In this document: positions 15,377 through 21,426 of the stretch, in pieces | How the letters are laid out: the number at the start of each line of letters is the position of its first letter | Position numbering within the stretch: position 1 is the stretch's first letter | From: Tubiluchus corallicola | Taxonomy: Eukaryota > Animalia > Priapulida | Direction: 5' to 3' | DNA: 21,426 bases | Assembly (NCBI GenBank): GCA_030141605.1 | Contig: JAQGDQ010002481.1 | Span: forward strand, 1 to 21,426 | Translations under genes and position numbers: made by a program | The notes under the pieces: model-generated | The model's input: only the letters and a program-made list of their open reading frames with translations | Database searches by the model: none | Told to the model about the DNA's origin: nothing

Positions 15377-15652
15377 CTAATCATCTGTGGTTTCCTTGGC
15401 GGAATACTTTAAGATTTCGATATATTCATTCAAAACATTTTTGGCTACACTATTGCCCGTAGGCACCTGCAATACCTTGACCTCTTTTGTATAATTCCAC
15501 ATATCTATCTGGATTATATCCCCGACCTTGACTACAGCAGACGGTTTTGCAACCTTACCGTTGAGGGAAATAAACCCCTCCTTTAAAGCTTCAGTACCGA
15601 CGCTGCGTCTCTTAAAGAGAGACGTCACCTTTAAAAACTTATCAAGCCTCAT
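15377..15652 (-). CDS. S4-domain RNA-binding protein, YabO/RqcP-Hsp15 family
   Basis: MRLDKFLK...KRR...G.ISLNGKVAKPS..VKVGD S4 motif; 91 aa; ATGA overlap with the upstream gene. Confidence 0.9.
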   Translation of the reverse strand: MRLDKFLKVTSLFKRRSVGTEALKEGFISLNGKVAKPSAVVKVGDIIQIDMWNYTKEVKVLQVPTGNSVAKNVLNEYIEILKYSAKETTDD

Positions 15653-16569
15653 CTGCTAACCTTTCTGACTATCACGCTATCCCTCTTATTATGAAGCCAA
15701 GCCTCAAATATCTCATCACCCTTCCTTTCACGAATCGAAGTTACAACCTTATCCTTTTCCTCTTCCGAAATATCGTATCCGAAAGCCTCATTCACGATGT
15801 AAAACAGATAAAACCTACCACCCATTTCAGCCATTTCAGAATAATCCCCAACATCCGCAGCCTCTACAACGGAAGCGAGCTCTTCCACCATGCTATCGGT
15901 GGTTAAGGCCTCTATATCTGAAATATAAATTCCTTCATCATTCTCAAAATATCTTTTAACTTCAGATATTTTAGGATGTTTGCGTGCATGTTCCATTACT
16001 TTTTGCAAGGAAGTTTTATCTACTGAAGAGAAGGAGACAACATCGTATTGGCGTTTATAATAATCTCCTAGATCCTCATTCGTCACAACTATCATAGGCA
16101 CTATAAAACTCATGAAAACTCTGTACTTGACAACTTCATACTCTATGCCGCGCCTGTATCTCTCAAATGAGATATTATTTCCCTTGAGGTACTCCTTCAG
16201 TCCATCAAGGTCAAGATTGTAGCTTGCAGCAGCACCCCTTATTATGTCATCAAGCTCCTCTTTTGAAGGCAAAGCGATGCCTGAATCTGCCGCAATAGCC
16301 AAAAGAACCCTCTCTTCACAGATAGCATCTAGTGATGTACGATAATACCTATCCATCTCCACAGCACGCTGATCTTCATCCGATATCGCTTTTATGTATT
16401 CTAATTTCTGCAAGTCATAATTCCATACTTCATAGATGGTAACTACATCATCATTAACTAACGCTGCAACGCCGTTGACAAGCTCTCTGCCAGTCAAAGG
16501 CTCCGTGGACATACAGAACACAAAGAGTAGAGCTAAAAACGGTTTTGATGATACAGAAAATATCCTCAC
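15649..16569 (-). CDS. SurA N-terminal-domain periplasmic chaperone with a degenerate parvulin segment
   Basis: Signal peptide, VNGVAALVNDDVVTIYEV SurA-N motif, remnant VGDYSE...GGRFYLFYI, C-terminal FEAWLHNKRDSVIV; GTGA overlap with the upstream stop. Confidence 0.75.
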   Translation of the reverse strand: MRIFSVSSKPFLALLFVFCMSTEPLTGRELVNGVAALVNDDVVTIYEVWNYDLQKLEYIKAISDEDQRAVEMDRYYRTSLDAICEERVLLAIAADSGIALPSKEELDDIIRGAAASYNLDLDGLKEYLKGNNISFERYRRGIEYEVVKYRVFMSFIVPMIVVTNEDLGDYYKRQYDVVSFSSVDKTSLQKVMEHARKHPKISEVKRYFENDEGIYISDIEALTTDSMVEELASVVEAADVGDYSEMAEMGGRFYLFYIVNEAFGYDISEEEKDKVVTSIRERKGDEIFEAWLHNKRDSVIVRKVSR

Positions 16570-17601
16570 TCTTCCACCGCCTGTAACTCCATATCCTCTT
16601 GTAAGGCCTCTCTACTCGGCTTTAGCACATAGTCCGGGCGCATTATCTTCAAAATGTCGTATAGGGTTAAATCAACGTCGATGTAAACTATTTTAGCATT
16701 ATCCCAGAGATTTTGGACAACGTCTTCAGCCATGCTTTCATACTTGCGGATATACATGATCTCGTATATGTCACCCATTACTTCCTCAAACTCTAGAGCT
16801 GCACTACTCACCTTGTCCCCAAGCTTGAATATGTGATAACCATAATCAGATTTCACGACCTCTGAATATGATCCTTCTTTGAGTTTAAACGCAACATCGA
16901 AAAATGGAGGTAAACTATCGGCGTCCATATATCCTAAATCACCACCAACACTCTTCTCCATCCCTTTTGAATACCGAAAAGCCACATCGCTAAAAGCATA
17001 TCCTCTGGACAACTCATCATAAGCGCTCTTTATGCTCTCTTCATCATCTGTAATTATGTGATAAATCTTTGCACTGGTTTTTGCGGCGAATCGCTCTCTG
17101 TTGGCGTCATAGTATTCTTTAAGTTCTCTCTCGCCTATGTAGATATTGTCATTCACTTCCCGTTGAAGATACTTATTTATATACATCATCTCGTTAACCT
17201 GCATGTCAAAATATCTTAAAAGATCCTCACTTATACCGGAAAACCTCTCAAGATCATCACCGCTCTGCTCATCCACAAAACTACTCAAAACATCATTCAA
17301 CCTGTCTTGGTCAATGATCGTACCTGCATTCATTGCGGCTTCATACAGGAGTTTGCCTTCGATAAAATCGTTAATGAACGAATCTTTTATGTCAACATCT
17401 ATCAGAGCTTCCTCCTCCATGTGAAGGAGTGATTGAAAAATGTGGGCATAGAAGTCCTCAACAGAATATTTTTGCCCATTTATGGACAGGATATAGGCAT
17501 TCTTCTTTACAGCGTCAGACAGATAAACCTTCTTTGCTACATAGCACGGGAAGCAAAATGATGCTTAAAATCAGCGCCACCCACTTTTTACTTAAATTCA
17601 T
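16566..17601 (-). CDS. PpiC/parvulin-type peptidyl-prolyl isomerase (PrsA/SurA-like); frameshifted between 17515 and 17564 in this sequence
   Basis: IYHII, FSDVAFRYS, GGDLGY and SEVVKSDYGYHIFK parvulin motifs. The main frame is open upstream of 17420 (AYILSINGQKYSVEDF), and an ATG at 17601 overlapping the mfd stop encodes signal peptide MNLSKKWVALILSIILLPVLCS in another frame. Confidence 0.85.
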
Positions 17602-20600
17602 TTGGCAGTACCTTCCACCTTAAGGATATTATTTTCCTCCATTTCAGCGAGAATGGAACTCAAGAAGCGAACCAGCAAGCTCAACGCATCCTTCTCCACA
17701 AGAGATATAGACATTTCATATTCTCCGGTAAAAGCGATCTTTAAGCTCAGTCTTGAGCCTATCCCCACAAGACTTTCCGGTTTTAATGCAAAATCTTTTG
17801 TAAAGACCAATTTAGCAGATAAGGGGAATATTACAACTCTTTGGACAAACACTCTCCTGGCGATATTTCTTATCAACATAACGGAACCGAGATTTTCCGT
17901 TTCCACAGGCAACTCCCCATACTCTTGCTCTATGGCATCAAGCAGCAATGATACCTCGTCATGATCTTGAGTAGAGGAAAATTTTTCATAATAGCTAAAT
18001 CTATCCCTAGGGTTTTCCATATATTCTGCGGGTATGAAGTACGGTATTTGACAAACTAGCTCCGTATCCAGATATTCAAGCTTTGTCCCCTTCAGCTCAG
18101 CAACAGCCTCCTCTATCATGTGAAGAAACAGGTCATAGCCCACCTTTACCACAAATCCCGACTGTTCTGCACCAAAAATATCTCCTGATCCACGTAACTG
18201 CAAATCGTACATGGCTATCTTAAATCCGCTACCTAGGCTGGAGAGCTGCTGTATTATCTTCAATCTCTTCTTGGCAACAGGTTTAAGCGAATCAAAATCC
18301 TTAACGTTAAGACAACAGTAACCGCGCTGCTCAGATCTACCAACCCTCCCCTTTAGTTGATAGAGTTGTGAAAGTCCAAATGAAGCAGCATTGTTGATTA
18401 TAATAGTGTTGGCGTTTCCTATATCTATACCGTTCTCTATGATGGTGGAACACACAATAACATCCACATCGCCGAGATAAAACTTTACTAAGATTTTTTC
18501 CAGCTCCACACTGTTCATCTGTCCATGGGCAACGCCTATTGTAACGTCCGGCAACATCCTCTTCAGCCTTAGGGCTTCTGCGTCAATCGTCTCCACCTTA
18601 TTGTGCAGATAATATACCTGTCCGCCACGCTTTAGTTCCCGCAAAATACTGTTTATAACCTCACTATCTTCCGTCACCACATTCACTACGACGGGAAGCC
18701 TTCCTTCCGGCGGTGTCTCGATAACGCTCACATCCCTGATCTTCGAAAGGGACATCTGCATCGTACGGGGGATAGGGGTTGCACTCATGGAAAGTACATC
18801 CACATCCCTCTTCATGGCGGCCATCTTCTCCTTGTGGTTGACCCCAAAGCGCTGCTCTTCATCCACCACCAAAAGACCAAGATCCCTGAAGATAACATCT
18901 GATGAAAGCAACCTGTGTGTGCCGATAATTATGTCTGTCTTACCGCTCGAAACGTCTGCAAGGGAACTCTTAATCTCGGAGCTGCTCTTAAATCTACTGA
19001 TATAGTTCACATTAATTGGAAGATTTTTAAACCTCTTCTTAAAGTTGTCATAATGCTGCCTAGCAAGCACAGTAGTAGGAGCAAGAATCGCAACCTGCTT
19101 TGAACACGCCACAGCTTTACATGCAGCTCGTATGGCAACCTCTGTCTTGCCAAACCCCACATCTCCACATATGAGGCGCTCCATCGGAATCTCCTTCTCC
19201 ATGTCCTCATAAACTTCGTATATGGCGCTCATCTGGTCTTCCGTCTCTTCATATTCAAAAGAAGACTCAAGCTTATCTAATAAAACTCCATCATCATGAA
19301 AAGCAAATCCTTTGTTAACTCGTCTATCCGCATAAAGGCGCAAAAGATCCTGAGCAATCTTTTTCGCTTTTTTTCGGGCAGTTTTCTTGAGCTTTTGCCA
19401 AGCTTGGCTACCTAAAGAAGACAGTTTTGGGGTAGAATCTTTTGCCCCTACATACCTCTGTATCAAACCTATACGCTCAAGAGGCACAAAAAGGATCTCC
19501 TCATTTTCGTAGAGAATCTTGACAAAATCGCCTTGAATACCGCCCAACTCTCTGCTCTCAAGCCCCTGATATAAACCTATTCCAAAGTCGGAATGGACAA
19601 CATAATCACCCTGTTCCAGATCAGATACTGTATTTTTCGGCATTTCCTTACGTCTGCCGATCTTCTTCTTTATATTTATTCCAAAAAATTCAGCAGCAGT
19701 AATAAATATCTCTTTATCACTCTCGACAATAATCCCTCCACTGATCCTGGAGGAAGTGATATACACTCCTTGGGGGTTCTTCCTGCTGTAGGAGGTCTTA
19801 TCCTCCACTGGGATGTTATAATCTCTTGCAAACTTTTTGAATGCGTCCCGAAAACGCGCAGTGTCTATGAAGAGATAAATCCTAAAGCCATCCGCTACAT
19901 ACTGTTCCAGAAGAGGTAGACCAAACTGCAATGATTTGTAAATATTCCCCTTTTCATAGATGAGGATATCTTCAACCGATACCACATCTTCCACATAAAC
20001 ATCGCCACCACGCACCAGCTTGTTTTCTGACAAAACCGCTTTGGCTGAAACGGACAACATATCTAAAACTTCGTCGCGCTCAAAGAAATTGCCCAAATAG
20101 TGTTGGTTCTCGGGCTGCTCCTCTCCATTTTTAACTACATTGCAAAAATCTGTAATGATATTTTCATAATTTTCGTCACAAAGATAGACGGAAACACCCT
20201 TCGGCAAATAATCAAAAAAGCTGTCCAGCCTATCATAAAGGCTACTAAGGAGCCAATGACAACCAGCATACTTGCCGTAAGTTATTAGTTTCTCCGCATC
20301 AACCTCATTCACAAAAGCTAACATATCATCAACACTTAAAGCAATATCCCCTCCAGGATATAGATCGATGGAGGAGATCACCTCTATCCGTCTCTGGGAA
20401 TTTTCGTCATAAAGGTAAATATCTTCCACTTCATTGTCAAAAAAGTCGATCCTCACAGGGCGACTGCTCTGCACGGGAAATATGTCAACAATGCTTCCAC
20501 GAACACAAAACTCACCCTCAGTGCTGACAAACTCCACATTGACATAGCCAAGCTCATCGAGATTGTTTAACAAATCATTGCGATTGTATTCTGCACCACG

Positions 20601-20949
20601 AGATATTGTAAAAATTTTGCTCAGATAAGCATCCTTTGGAGGAAGCTTCTTGATAACTGCCCCGTAGGTGGTGATAATGATAAAGTTTTCCCTGTTCACT
20701 ATCTTTTCGTAACAACGAGCTCTGCTCTTTATTATCTCTGGTAAAATTCTGGCACACTCAAAAGGAGTTTGTTCAAATTCCGGAAATACAAGCACCTCCT
20801 CCTTTGACAAAAAGGAGAATTCATTGGCAAGAATATACGCAGACTGATTGTCTCTTGCAACGATTAAACACGGCGACCTTTCTGTTATTTACGACAAAGA
20901 GGGCTCTCAATCCCCCAGAGACCGGAAGGAGATGCTTTATGCTGTTCAC
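17598..20949 (-). CDS. mfd: Transcription-repair coupling factor; extreme 5' end appears frameshifted
   Basis: GEFCVRGSIVDIFP (UvrB-like), GDYVVHSDFGIG (RID), GDVGFGKTEVA, DEEQRFGV, SATPIPRT, QLYQLKGRVGRS and DLQLRGSGDIFGAEQSG. Main frame is open to 20888; the probable GTG start at 20949 overlaps the gmhA stop but lies in another frame. Confidence 0.96.
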
Positions 20950-21426
20950 AATCCACTCAAAAACCTGCCAAACATGATATCATCAACCAGAGAACATATG
21001 ATATGCGCACTTAATATGTGATATTCCTGAATTCTAGCGGTATTTTCTGATGGCACCTTGAGGAGAACGTCACATAGGCCAGCCATCTTCCCACCGCTTA
21101 AGCCGGTGAAGCCTACGACCGTCACCTTCTCCTTTGCAGCAGCTCTGAGAGCTTTGATAACACTTTCGGAATTGCCACTGGTAGAGATGCCGAGAACGGC
21201 GTCATTCGGGCCTAAAAAAGCTTTTATCTGCTTTTCAAACACTTCAGAATAGCTGTAATCGTTAGAAATAGAGGTGATTACAGAAGTATCAGTACTAAGA
21301 GCAATAGCAGGCAGGGGAGGTCTCTCTATCCTAAATCTATTAACAAATTCTGCCGCCATATGTTGAGCATCCGCAGCGGAGCCCCCATTACCTAAAATTA
21401 GAAGCTTGCCATTGGCAAGAAACGTC
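20946..21426 (-). CDS. gmhA: D-sedoheptulose 7-phosphate isomerase, 5'-truncated by the window edge
   Basis: Frame open to the edge: GKLLILGNGGSAADAQHMAAEF, NDYSY, ISTSGNS and TARIQEYH motifs. Confidence 0.96.
   Translation of the reverse strand, partial: TFLANGKLLILGNGGSAADAQHMAAEFVNRFRIERPPLPAIALSTDTSVITSISNDYSYSEVFEKQIKAFLGPNDAVLGISTSGNSESVIKALRAAAKEKVTVVGFTGLSGGKMAGLCDVLLKVPSENTARIQEYHILSAHIICSLVDDIMFGRFLSGL

Overview
A gene-dense, mostly housekeeping bacterial segment; protein style and gene order suggest an anaerobic diderm, possibly Deferribacterota (a low-confidence inference). Plus-strand part: metG (5'-truncated)-tatD, a universal stress protein, a divergent metallophosphoesterase / tRNA nucleotidyltransferase pair, an FAH-family hydrolase, a YkgJ-type Cys-cluster protein, coaE and a TAXI-TRAP transporter. 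Next come a minus-strand DUF362 Fe-S protein followed by an un-called 42-aa CcmD-like gene, and a divergent IclR regulator. A long, translationally coupled minus-strand operon follows: gmhA-mfd-parvulin PPIase-SurA-like-S4/RqcP-like-argH-lipoprotein-TPR-like membrane protein. No integrase, transposase, Cas, tRNA or rRNA gene was recognised. The most unusual items are: (i) a ~4.5-copy, 80-bp non-coding tandem array that begins inside the IclR 3' end, resembles a recoded copy of that gene's tail and carries a hairpin per unit; (ii) three genes of one operon with frameshifts confined to their first ~45 codons (assembly artefact versus real); (iii) a loop-less, probably CC-only-adding nucleotidyltransferase; (iv) an orphan ccmD-like small gene; and (v) an LptM-like motif on a large lipoprotein.
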